64,000 nt of DNA from Gemmatimonadota bacterium (GCA_003221005.1 QHTZ01000067.1:43417-107416); one strand, 5' to 3'. Numbered from the stretch's first letter, positions 39,498 through 47,459 are shown. The notes: a model not told the origin generated them from the letters alone. A program made the numbers and translations.

Positions 39498-39955
39498 GCA
39501 GGCGGATGGAGATCGCGCGGGCTTACGAGAAGGCGCTGTTCGCGGGCGACCGCGGCGGCGTCGGTCAGCGTTTCACGGACGACATCGTGTACTGGGTGGC
39601 GGGCGCAACCGGGCGCGCCGGGCGCCCGCCCATCGGCGGCGAGTGGAAGGGCCGGGAGCGGGTGCTGGACGCGCTCTGGAACCGCGAGGCCGGCCTGGGC
39701 GCGGCCGACTGGACCTCCGAGGACACGTGGCGGGAGTGGTACGAGGCGGACGACCGCGTGATCGTCGAGATCCGCGAACGCAGCTGGCTCAAGAGCGACC
39801 TGCGCGACGTGATGGACCAGCGCACCTGCGTCGTGATCAGGTTCCGAGGCGACCGGATCTGCGAGATGCGGGAGTACACGGACAGCCACATCTACGAGGA
39901 GTTCTTGAAGCGGCACCGGAGCGAGCTGCCGAAATTCGCCGAGCGCAAGACGTAG
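39494..39955 (+). CDS. SnoaL/NTF2-like protein
   Basis: 'FTDDIVYW', 'DRICEMREYTDS'. Confidence 0.8.
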   Translation: MSRRMEIARAYEKALFAGDRGGVGQRFTDDIVYWVAGATGRAGRPPIGGEWKGRERVLDALWNREAGLGAADWTSEDTWREWYEADDRVIVEIRERSWLKSDLRDVMDQRTCVVIRFRGDRICEMREYTDSHIYEEFLKRHRSELPKFAERKT

Positions 39956-40026
39956 GAGAGGAGCATGCTCCGTTCACACGCTGAAGCGTGTGATTTGGCA
40001 GCGCGAGGTACGGGTCCTGAGCCCCG

Positions 40027-41256
40027 TTACGGGTCGAACCGGTCCAGCTTCCGGTCCCGCCGCCGCGCGAGCCAGTAGAGCGGCACGCCCAGGATCAGCG
40101 TCGCCCCTGAGGCGACCCACGCCTCAGCGATCCCCCGTGTGCGCGCGAGCCATCCCCATCCCGTCTGCCCGGCCACGCCACCCACGTTCGCGAAGAATGA
40201 ATCGAGCGAGATGATCGTGGCTCGCTGCTGCGACGGGATGTGGGCGTTGAGATAGCCCTGCTTCACCGGCATCCCCACGCCGAGTGCCATGCCATAGACG
40301 AGGTACAGCCCCACCACCACGTAGAAGTCCCGCAGCAGGCCGCACAGGACTACCGTGACCACCTGCACGACCACTGACGCGATCAGCATTCCGGTGCGCG
40401 AGCGAACGACGCGCGACAGCGGCACGACAAGCGCATTGCCGGCGATCAGCGTGAGCGACGTGAGCGCGGCGATCACCCCCGACACCCACACCGCCTCCCG
40501 CCCCAGCAGGTCCAGGAAGTAGCGCTGCCAGCTGTAGAAGCCGAAGATCATAAAGCTCATCGAGACGAGCGACCCGAGCATCAGCGGCCGGACCACCGGG
40601 TGGTGCAAGCCGTAGCGCATGCCCTCCACGAACACGCGCCGCATCTCCGCCGGCACGCGCGACAACGCGAGCGCACGCGGGGTGTAGCCGAGCTCGCGCA
40701 TCCCGAACCAGGCCAGCGCGAACAACGGCACCACGATTCCCGCCCGCACGAGGTAGGGCACGGCGAGATCGATCTGACCCAGCAAGCCGCCGGCGAGGGT
40801 ACCGACCAGCATCGCCGCGCCGAACGCCATCTGACCGCGCGCGAACACCGGCTCGAGCGGCGCGGTGTACCCCGTCGCCTTGAGAGCGTCGACCAGCCAT
40901 GCGTCCACCGCGCCGGTGTAGAACGTGTAGCCGAGTCCCAGAAACACCGACACGGCGGCGAACGGCCAGAAGCCCCACCCGAGCCGCGCGATCGCCACGT
41001 AGCAGAGTGTGGTGACGAACAAGGTGGCGAGGCACAACAGCAGCGAAATACGCCGCCCGAGGGTGTCGGCGACGACGCCGGTGGGGATCTCGAACAGGAC
41101 GTTGCCCAGCGTGAACGCGGCATTCGTGAGCATCACCTGGAAGATGTCCAACCCCGCGTGGAGCTTGAACAGCGTGTCGATGCCCCAGATCAGGGACATC
41201 GCCAGGTTGAAGAGCCCGGTGATCAGCAGGTAGACGCGGATGATCTGTGCGCTCAC
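40027..41256 (-). CDS. MFS transporter
   Basis: 'FEIPTGVVADTLGRRISL'; 12-TM pattern; overlaps the stop of the substrate-binding protein gene. Confidence 0.88.
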   Translation of the reverse strand: MSAQIIRVYLLITGLFNLAMSLIWGIDTLFKLHAGLDIFQVMLTNAAFTLGNVLFEIPTGVVADTLGRRISLLLCLATLFVTTLCYVAIARLGWGFWPFAAVSVFLGLGYTFYTGAVDAWLVDALKATGYTAPLEPVFARGQMAFGAAMLVGTLAGGLLGQIDLAVPYLVRAGIVVPLFALAWFGMRELGYTPRALALSRVPAEMRRVFVEGMRYGLHHPVVRPLMLGSLVSMSFMIFGFYSWQRYFLDLLGREAVWVSGVIAALTSLTLIAGNALVVPLSRVVRSRTGMLIASVVVQVVTVVLCGLLRDFYVVVGLYLVYGMALGVGMPVKQGYLNAHIPSQQRATIISLDSFFANVGGVAGQTGWGWLARTRGIAEAWVASGATLILGVPLYWLARRRDRKLDRFDP

Positions 41257-42122
41257 GGAACGTGCGCCTCGAGCCAGTCGTGCGCGATCGCCCGGATGTC
41301 CTGGTGCTGCACGTCGGCCAGCGCATTCAAGCGCCGCATCTCGTCGTCCGAGATCTTGCCGGTCAGCTCGCCGAGCGCGGCCGCCACCTCGGGATGGCGC
41401 CGCAACACCACTTCACGCGCGACGACCGCGGCTTCGTAGGGAGGGAAGTAATGCCGATCGTCTTCCAGGGCGACGAGATCGAGCGCGGCGATCTGACCGT
41501 CCGTCGAGTTGCCGGCGATCATGTCCACCTTTCCGTCGGCGAGCGCGCGGTAGGTGAGTCCCAAGTCCATCGCGGTCGGAGGCGCGCGGAAGGCAAGCCT
41601 GTACACCTGCGACAGCCCGGCGAATCCGTCTGCGCGCTCCAGGAACTCGTAACCGAACCCCGCCTTCCACCGCGGCGCGACGCGCGCCACGTCGGAGATC
41701 CGCGTCAGGCCATATTGCCGCGCTTCCGTCCGGCGGATCAGAATCGCGAACGTGTTGTTGAAGCCGAACGGCGCGAGCCACCGCAGGCCGAAGCGTGCCG
41801 CATAGTCGCGCGCCACGACTCGCGCCACGCTGTCCCGATCGCTCACCGGGGGGTGCTTGAGCACCGCCGTGAACGCGGTGCCCGTGTACTCGGGATAGAG
41901 ATCGATCTGTCCCGCGACGATCGCCTGATGACACACGAACGTGCCACCCAGGTGCAGGCGTCGCTCCACGGGCAGGTGCGCGCGCCGCTCGATCTGCTGC
42001 GCCACGAGCTCGGCGAGCAAGTCGGACTCCGTGAAGTTCTTGGCGCCCACGACGATCCGGTCGTGCCGGGCACACGAACTTGCTGCGGAGAGCGCGAGCA
42101 CCGCGGCGAGCAACGCGAGCAT
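41253..42122 (-). CDS. betaine/QAC-type ABC substrate-binding lipoprotein (OpuC/OsmF/EgtU family)
   Basis: 'VGAKNFTES', 'YPEYTGT', 'GFNNTFA', 'EFLERADG', 'FPPYEA'. Alternative start at 42224. Confidence 0.9.
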   Translation of the reverse strand: MLALLAAVLALSAASSCARHDRIVVGAKNFTESDLLAELVAQQIERRAHLPVERRLHLGGTFVCHQAIVAGQIDLYPEYTGTAFTAVLKHPPVSDRDSVARVVARDYAARFGLRWLAPFGFNNTFAILIRRTEARQYGLTRISDVARVAPRWKAGFGYEFLERADGFAGLSQVYRLAFRAPPTAMDLGLTYRALADGKVDMIAGNSTDGQIAALDLVALEDDRHYFPPYEAAVVAREVVLRRHPEVAAALGELTGKISDDEMRRLNALADVQHQDIRAIAHDWLEAHVP

Positions 42123-42249
42123 GCCGGCCCGGCGTTTCCCGTGCCCTGAAGGGCCGGCTCGGCGTAAACGCGCGTCTTTAAAGACGCGACCTCGGCCGAG
42201 CCGGCGTTTCAACGCACGGACCACACGTGAGGCCAGGTGGGAGTCCTGC

Positions 42250-42879
42250 TCACCTTGCCCGCCACACCAGCCGCCGCTCGAGCAGCGCGAACAGGCCGTC
42301 CGCCGCCAGCGCCATCAGCGCCGCCGGGATCGCGCCCGCGAGGATCAAGGTGTCGTCCACCACCGCCACGCCGCGGAAGACGTAGACGCCGAGCCCGCCC
42401 GCGCCGATCGCGGCGCCGATCGTAGCCACGCCCACGCTCACGACCGTCGCGACGCGCACACCCGCGAGAATGACCGCCGCAGCGAGGGGCAGCTCCACCA
42501 GCCGCAGCAGCTCGGCGTCCGTCATCCCCATGCCGCGACCGGCTTCGCGGATGGCTGGGTCCACGCCCGCGATTCCCGTGTAGGTGTTGCGCACGATGGG
42601 GAGTAGCGCGTACACGATCAGCGCGGTGATCGCCGTCCAGAACCCGATGCCGAAGATCGGAATGAGGATCCCGAAGAGCGCGAGGCTCGGGATCGTCTGG
42701 AACACCCCCGCGAGCCCGAGCACGGGGGGCCGCCACGCGGGTCGGCGGGTGAGCACCACGCCGAGGGGAATCCCCACGAGTGCCGCGGCACCGGTCGAGA
42801 GTACCACCAAGACGAGGTGCTGACCGACGAGACCGAGTGCCTCATGGGCGTTGCGCGCGAAGAACGCTACCAACCTCAT
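42250..42879 (-). CDS. betaine-type ABC permease
   Basis: 'FQTIPSLAL', EAA loop 'REAGRGMGMT', 'GAGGLG'. Confidence 0.92.
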   Translation of the reverse strand: MRLVAFFARNAHEALGLVGQHLVLVVLSTGAAALVGIPLGVVLTRRPAWRPPVLGLAGVFQTIPSLALFGILIPIFGIGFWTAITALIVYALLPIVRNTYTGIAGVDPAIREAGRGMGMTDAELLRLVELPLAAAVILAGVRVATVVSVGVATIGAAIGAGGLGVYVFRGVAVVDDTLILAGAIPAALMALAADGLFALLERRLVWRAR

Positions 42880-43628
42880 GCCGCCTCCAGGAAGCGGCGG
42901 ACCTCGGGGTGCTCGTTGCGACGGAATTCGTCGGGGGTACCGAGGAACAGCAGCCGTCCCGCATGCATCAACCCGATGCGCGTCCCCAGGAGCAGCCCCT
43001 CCCGCACGTCGTGGGTCACGAACACCATGCCCTTTCCCAGCCGCCCCTCGAGGGCGCGGAATTCCTGCTGCAGTTCGAAGCGCGTAATGGGATCGAGTGC
43101 GCCGAACGGCTCGTCCAGGAGCAGCAGCGGCGGGTCGGCAGCGAGCGCGCGCGCCACCCCGACCCGCTGCCGCTGACCGCCCGAGAGCTGGTGCGGATAG
43201 CGTCCACCGAACGCCTCCGGGTCGAGCCCCACGAGCGCGAGCAGCTCGCGCACCCGGGCCGCGATCCGCTCTGGAGGCCAGCGTTCGAGCCGCGGCACGA
43301 GTCCCGCGTTCTCGGCCACCGTGAAATGCGGCAGCAGACCCACCTCCTGAATCACGTAGCCGATCCGCCGCCGCAGCGACGTGGGCTCGAGCGCCGCGGT
43401 CCGCTGCCCCGCCACCAACACCTCCCCCACCGAAGGCTCGAGCAGACGGTTGATGAGCTTAAGTGTGGTCGTCTTCCCAGAGCCGCTGCGGCCGAGGAGC
43501 ACGAGGGTCTCTCCTGCACCCACAGTGAAGGACACGTCCCGGACGATCGGCAGGACCCGTCCCTCCTCCCCCGTCCCTCTTCCCGGCAACGTATAGCCGA
43601 GTCCCCGGACCTCGAGCACGGCGCTCAT
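42876..43628 (-). CDS. betaine-type ABC ATPase
   Basis: Walker A 'GRSGSGKT'; 'LSGGQRQR'; 'LLDEPFGALD'. Confidence 0.93.
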   Translation of the reverse strand: MSAVLEVRGLGYTLPGRGTGEEGRVLPIVRDVSFTVGAGETLVLLGRSGSGKTTTLKLINRLLEPSVGEVLVAGQRTAALEPTSLRRRIGYVIQEVGLLPHFTVAENAGLVPRLERWPPERIAARVRELLALVGLDPEAFGGRYPHQLSGGQRQRVGVARALAADPPLLLLDEPFGALDPITRFELQQEFRALEGRLGKGMVFVTHDVREGLLLGTRIGLMHAGRLLFLGTPDEFRRNEHPEVRRFLEAA

Positions 43629-44578
43629 TGCGCCCCCGCCCCCACCAGCACCATTTGAAAGCGGCCGTCTTCGCTCGTCCCGCGCCAGCGCTGCCCGAGG
43701 CCGGCATCTCGCAGGATTCGCAGGAACGTGTCGGCGTCGTACTTGTACGAGTGGTTCATTTCCAGCCGCTCGCCGGCACCGAGGGTCAGGGACTCTCCGC
43801 CGAGCCGGGCGGCGACGTCGCGGGTCGCCCGGAAGTGCTTGGTGAGGGGATGCAGCCCGGGGACGCGCGCGTCCTCGCGGTCCTCGAACACGAGCTCGCC
43901 GTCGGCCTCGGTGATCCCGACGGCGTGGAGCGGCGCCCACGCGAAGCGCCGGTTCAGGGGGTTGTCATAGCCAGCGACGGTGGCCTGGGCGGCGTAGATC
44001 TCGCCGTCCACGAGGAGCAGGTCGTCCCCGCGGAGCAGTTTCCGCAGGGCCCGCGTCTCGACCAGCGGATCGAATGCGCCGAGGGTGTTGCCCAGGAGCA
44101 AAATCAGGCGCGGCGGCGTTTCGGGATTAGGCGCCAGTGCAGTGAGGTGGTCGGTCCGTGTGAAGTCGGCCTTGACGCCCTGGGCGGGGAGCCCCGCGGC
44201 GACGGCGCCCTGACACGCGAGCTCGAGCAACGCCTGGCTCGTGTCTACGGGCGTGTAGGAGACGCGGATCCCGTGGGGTCGCAGCGCTTCGATGAGAAGC
44301 AGGTCCTTGTCCCCCTGCCCCGAGCCCAGGCTCAGGACCTCGAGCGGGCCGGGGGGTATGTAGCCAGCGAGGTCGGCGGCGGACCGAGCGATGAGCGAGC
44401 GCGACCGCACGTAGTTCCGGTAGGCGCCGTCCGAGCAGAGGGCGAGCCAGGCTCGGACGGACAGCGGAAACCAATAGAAGAATTTCTCCGGGAGCCGACG
44501 CGCGCGAAACGCGGCGACGAACTCGTCGGCGAGCGCGGTCTCGGTAAGTAGCGTGTGAGTGACGATCACGGAGTTCAA
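43625..44578 (-). CDS. EgtD-family (Methyltransf_33) SAM-dependent methyltransferase, divergent
   Basis: 'LPEKFFY', 'SLGSGQGDK', 'YTPVDTS', 'LGNTLG', 'GYDNP', 'GERLEMNHSYKY' are collinear with EgtD motifs. Confidence 0.8.
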   Translation of the reverse strand: MNSVIVTHTLLTETALADEFVAAFRARRLPEKFFYWFPLSVRAWLALCSDGAYRNYVRSRSLIARSAADLAGYIPPGPLEVLSLGSGQGDKDLLLIEALRPHGIRVSYTPVDTSQALLELACQGAVAAGLPAQGVKADFTRTDHLTALAPNPETPPRLILLLGNTLGAFDPLVETRALRKLLRGDDLLLVDGEIYAAQATVAGYDNPLNRRFAWAPLHAVGITEADGELVFEDREDARVPGLHPLTKHFRATRDVAARLGGESLTLGAGERLEMNHSYKYDADTFLRILRDAGLGQRWRGTSEDGRFQMVLVGAGAQ

Positions 44579-44588
44579 GAGTTACCGG

Positions 44589-44617
44589 TTGACGGGTCTG
44601 GCGGCAACCCGTATGCT
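44589..44617 (+). promoter_or_regulatory. sigma70-type promoter of the precursor peptide gene
   Basis: TTGACG-N17-TATGCT, about 50 nt upstream of ATG 44669; GGAGG RBS at 44656-44660. Confidence 0.7.
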
Positions 44618-44668
44618 ACGTTTCGTCTGCCGTCGTCTGATTTCCACGTAAAGACGGAGGATATTCGC

Positions 44669-44761
44669 ATGCAGATCGTCGAGACGCAGGAGCTCGTGCC
44701 CACCTGTCATCGGCCTGAGGTCGTGGAGACGAGCGAGCTGCAGCCAACCTGTCACTCCTGA
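44669..44761 (+). CDS. putative RiPP precursor peptide, 30 aa: MQIVETQELVPTCHRPEVVETSELQPTCHS
   Basis: Strong RBS and promoter; two 15-aa-period repeats (I/V)VETxELxPTCH; lies immediately upstream of the AKR-RRE, MNIO and partner genes. Confidence 0.85.
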   Translation: MQIVETQELVPTCHRPEVVETSELQPTCHS

Positions 44762-44775
44762 CGCAGGGCGGCTGG

Positions 44776-45900
44776 ATGCAAGAGGGGGCCCGGACCGATT
44801 TCGGGCCCCTTTCGCGTTTCCTGGGCACGGAGGCGCGACTGGGGTTCGGGGGCTGGGCGGTGGGCGGCGCGGGCTGGGGGACGCCAGACGACACGCACGA
44901 GCGCGAGGCCGCGATCCGGCGCGCCGTCGAGCGGGGCGTCACGTTCTTCGACACCGCGCCGACGTACGGTGACGGCGAGTCCGAGCGACTGCTGGGCCGC
45001 GCGCTCGGAACCGTGCGCGAGCGGGTGGCGATCGCCACCAAGGTCGGCCCGCGCGACGATCCACGCGCCTCACTCGAAGCGTCGCTGCGCCGCCTCACCA
45101 CGGACTGCGTGGACCTGGTGCAGCTGCACGAAGCGCTCGAACGGTGGGAATGGCAACTCGAAGCGCTCTATCGGCTGCAGCTCGAGGGAAAGGCCCTCGC
45201 GATCGGGCTCTGCAACGCCACTCACCTGCAGGTCGCGCGGGCGCTGACCATCGCTCCCCTGGCGACGTATCAGGGCACCTACAACCTGTTCGATCGCGAC
45301 GTAGAAGAGCGCGAGCTGCCACTGTGCCGCGAACGTGGCCTCGCGTTCCTGGCATTCCGGCCGCTCGCCGCAGGCCTGCTCACCGGCAAGTACCGGGAGC
45401 CTCCCGCCTTCCCGGACGATGACCACCGCCGCAAGGTCTATTGGTTCAAGGGGAAGGAGTTCGAGCGCCGCCAGCGGACGATCGAGCGGCTGCGGCGCGT
45501 TGCGCGCCGGGAGGGCGTGTCGCTGCTCGAGCTCGCCCTGGGGTGGCTGCGCGCGCGGCCGGGGGTGAACATGGTCCTGGTGGGCGCGAGAAACCGGTCG
45601 CAGGTCGAGGAGGCGTTCGTCCCGGGCGTCGGGCCGCTGACAGCGGACACGGTGAACGAGATCGACCTCATAGTCCGCGAGGTCTTCCGCCCGGGCCGCG
45701 GCACGGCGCAACTCGAGCGGGCGGCCGCGACGTGGGGAGAGCGCGAGCGCTTCATCGCGGCGCGGCTCGACGGGAAGACTCGCTACGAAGCGATCGCCGC
45801 CGAGTGGACCGACCGCGGCGAACAGCCGATGATCGCGGCGCAGATCAAGGTGTTCGTGGACCAGTTGGCTGAGCAACGGTTGGTTGACGCCGACGGCTGA
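44776..45900 (+). CDS. aldo/keto reductase with a C-terminal PqqD/RRE-like extension
   Basis: 'LGFGGWAVGG', 'FFDTAPTYG', 'IATKVG', 'DLVQLH', 'PLAAGLLTGKY'. Tail 'FIAARLDGKTRYEAIAAEW...IKVFVDQLAEQRLV'. Confidence 0.88.
   Translation: MQEGARTDFGPLSRFLGTEARLGFGGWAVGGAGWGTPDDTHEREAAIRRAVERGVTFFDTAPTYGDGESERLLGRALGTVRERVAIATKVGPRDDPRASLEASLRRLTTDCVDLVQLHEALERWEWQLEALYRLQLEGKALAIGLCNATHLQVARALTIAPLATYQGTYNLFDRDVEERELPLCRERGLAFLAFRPLAAGLLTGKYREPPAFPDDDHRRKVYWFKGKEFERRQRTIERLRRVARREGVSLLELALGWLRARPGVNMVLVGARNRSQVEEAFVPGVGPLTADTVNEIDLIVREVFRPGRGTAQLERAAATWGERERFIAARLDGKTRYEAIAAEWTDRGEQPMIAAQIKVFVDQLAEQRLVDADG
44782..44812 (+). terminator. stem-loop just downstream of the precursor gene (attenuator or mRNA stabiliser)
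   Basis: gagggggcccgga-ccgat-ttcgggccccttt: 13 bp including G-U pairs, followed by a weak U tract. Confidence 0.45.
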
Positions 45901-45906
45901 CCGCTG

Positions 45907-46692
45907 ATGGCTCTCATGGTCGGGGCGTTCTACAACCCTCAGCTCGGCGCTGAGCTCGCTGCGGCGAAGGGCATCGACCACCTCGCCATGGCCGACCCGC
46001 CGGCAGCACACGATGCGCACTGGCCCACCATCCGCGAGCGCTACACGCTGCTGCTCCACGACTACCTCGGCCAGCTCTCCGAGCCGCTCGATGAACGCTC
46101 GATCGAGCGTGCCCGCTCCCTCGCTACGTTGTACCGCACACCGTGGATCGCCGAGCATTTCCAGTGCCTGCACACGGAAGACGGGCGCTACAACATCAAC
46201 TACGTGTTCCCGCCGCTCTACACCGACGAGTTTCTGGAGCGTTTCGTCGCCAACGCACGCGCGCTCCAGGCGCGGCTCGAGCAGCCGCTCGTGATGGAGA
46301 ACATCCCCGGCTTCTTCGACGTCAAGGCGAGCCAGCTCCCGGAGCCTGTCTGGCTCGCGCGTTTCTTCGACGCGACCGAGGTCGGCTTTCTGCTCGACCT
46401 GCCGCACGTTTGGCTCGAGGCCCACTACCGCGGCATGAAGCCTGAAGCGTGGCTCGCGCAATTCCCGCTCGAGCACGTAGTCGAGCTGCACGTGGCCGGC
46501 GTCGAGGAGGACGAGGACCTGCGAGGTCCCTGGATCGCGCCCACCGCCCCGTCGGAGGCCATGCTCGCGTTTCTGGCGCACGCCGTCACTCGCTGTCCCC
46601 GGGCCAAGGCTGTCACGTTCGACGCATTTTCGCCGTCGCTCACCGCCGACGTGCTGTTCCGGAGCGTTGAACGGATCCGGGGGGCGCTGTGA
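45907..46692 (+). CDS. DUF692 / multinuclear non-heme iron oxidative enzyme (MNIO)
   Basis: 'WIAEHF', 'PPLYTDEFLERFVANARALQARLEQPLVMENI', 'FLLDLPH', 'VVELHVAG'. Confidence 0.85.
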   Translation: MALMVGAFYNPQLGAELAAAKGIDHLAMADPPAAHDAHWPTIRERYTLLLHDYLGQLSEPLDERSIERARSLATLYRTPWIAEHFQCLHTEDGRYNINYVFPPLYTDEFLERFVANARALQARLEQPLVMENIPGFFDVKASQLPEPVWLARFFDATEVGFLLDLPHVWLEAHYRGMKPEAWLAQFPLEHVVELHVAGVEEDEDLRGPWIAPTAPSEAMLAFLAHAVTRCPRAKAVTFDAFSPSLTADVLFRSVERIRGAL

Positions 46693-47459
46693 CCGACCGG
46701 GCACTCCAGGACCTGGTGCTGCGCGCGCTGGCCGACGCCTCGTTCCGGGCGTCATCCGCCTGGCGGCAGCGTGCGCTCGCGGACCCCGCGAAGGTGGAGC
46801 GGTTCGCACGCTTCCTCGCGCGGCACTTCTACTACGAGCGGATCGTGCACTTCTTCAAGTACTCGGGGGCGCTGGCGCGTGTGACCGGCCGGCGACCAGA
46901 GGGGACGCTCCGCGGTGCCGAATTCGAAGCGCTGCTCCCCGTGGTCGTACTCGGCAGTCGGCAGACGGCTCGCGCGGTCGCCGATCTCGTCGTGCGCGAA
47001 GTGAAGGGCGGCGCCCCCGTGGCCTCGATCCCATATCGCGACGACTTGCTGCGCTACGAGGCGGCGATGATGGTCGCGGAGGCGGGGCCGAGGGTGTGGC
47101 GAGAGAACGGGAAGGGGGAAGAGGGAAGAGGAACGGGTGTCCCGGAAACCGCTGAAGGAACAGTGCTGCTGGATCTCGCCTACGACCTACCGGCGGTCCT
47201 GCCGCAGCTGCTCCAGCCGTGGACCGAGGTGCCGCAGGCGCCGCCGCGACCGGTGCGACTCCTCGTCGCGCGCTCGCCCCGCGGCCGGGTCGCGGTCGCT
47301 CGCACCGACAGCGCGGTGGCGCGCGTGGTCGAGCTCGCGGACGGCCGCCGCACCCTCGAAGAGCTCGCACGCGCGGCCGGGTTGCCGCGGAACGAGCTCG
47401 AGGCCACGCTCGCCGGGCTCACCGACCTCGGCGCCGTTCGCTTCGGGACGGGCAGCTGA
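46689..47459 (+). CDS. MNIO partner protein (DUF2063/HvfC-like N-terminus, RRE/wHTH C-terminus)
   Basis: 'DLLRYEAA'; C-terminal 'VVELADGRRTLEELARAAG...LAGLTDLGAV'. GTGA overlap with the MNIO gene. Confidence 0.7.
   Translation: MTDRALQDLVLRALADASFRASSAWRQRALADPAKVERFARFLARHFYYERIVHFFKYSGALARVTGRRPEGTLRGAEFEALLPVVVLGSRQTARAVADLVVREVKGGAPVASIPYRDDLLRYEAAMMVAEAGPRVWRENGKGEEGRGTGVPETAEGTVLLDLAYDLPAVLPQLLQPWTEVPQAPPRPVRLLVARSPRGRVAVARTDSAVARVVELADGRRTLEELARAAGLPRNELEATLAGLTDLGAVRFGTGS

Noticed and set aside
41253-44578. Canonical ergothioneine biosynthesis operon
   Set aside because: There is no egtB, egtC, egtE or eanB in the window, and the methyltransferase lacks the histidine-binding motifs.
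44555-44761. 68-aa version of the precursor ORF from the ORF track
   Set aside because: It overlaps the divergent methyltransferase start and spans the promoter. The ATG at 44669 has the GGAGG RBS.
44759-44812. Selenocysteine read-through of the precursor TGA using the downstream hairpin as a SECIS
   Set aside because: Read-through gives low-complexity out-of-frame sequence over the AKR gene. The TGA does not align with a Cys of the repeat.
45070-46809. Long antisense or alternate-frame ORFs (e.g. 45070-46809 -, 61390-63429 -, 34437-35813 +, 5243-6493 +)
   Set aside because: These are shadow ORFs expected in high-GC DNA. They overlap well-supported genes and carry no recognisable motifs.
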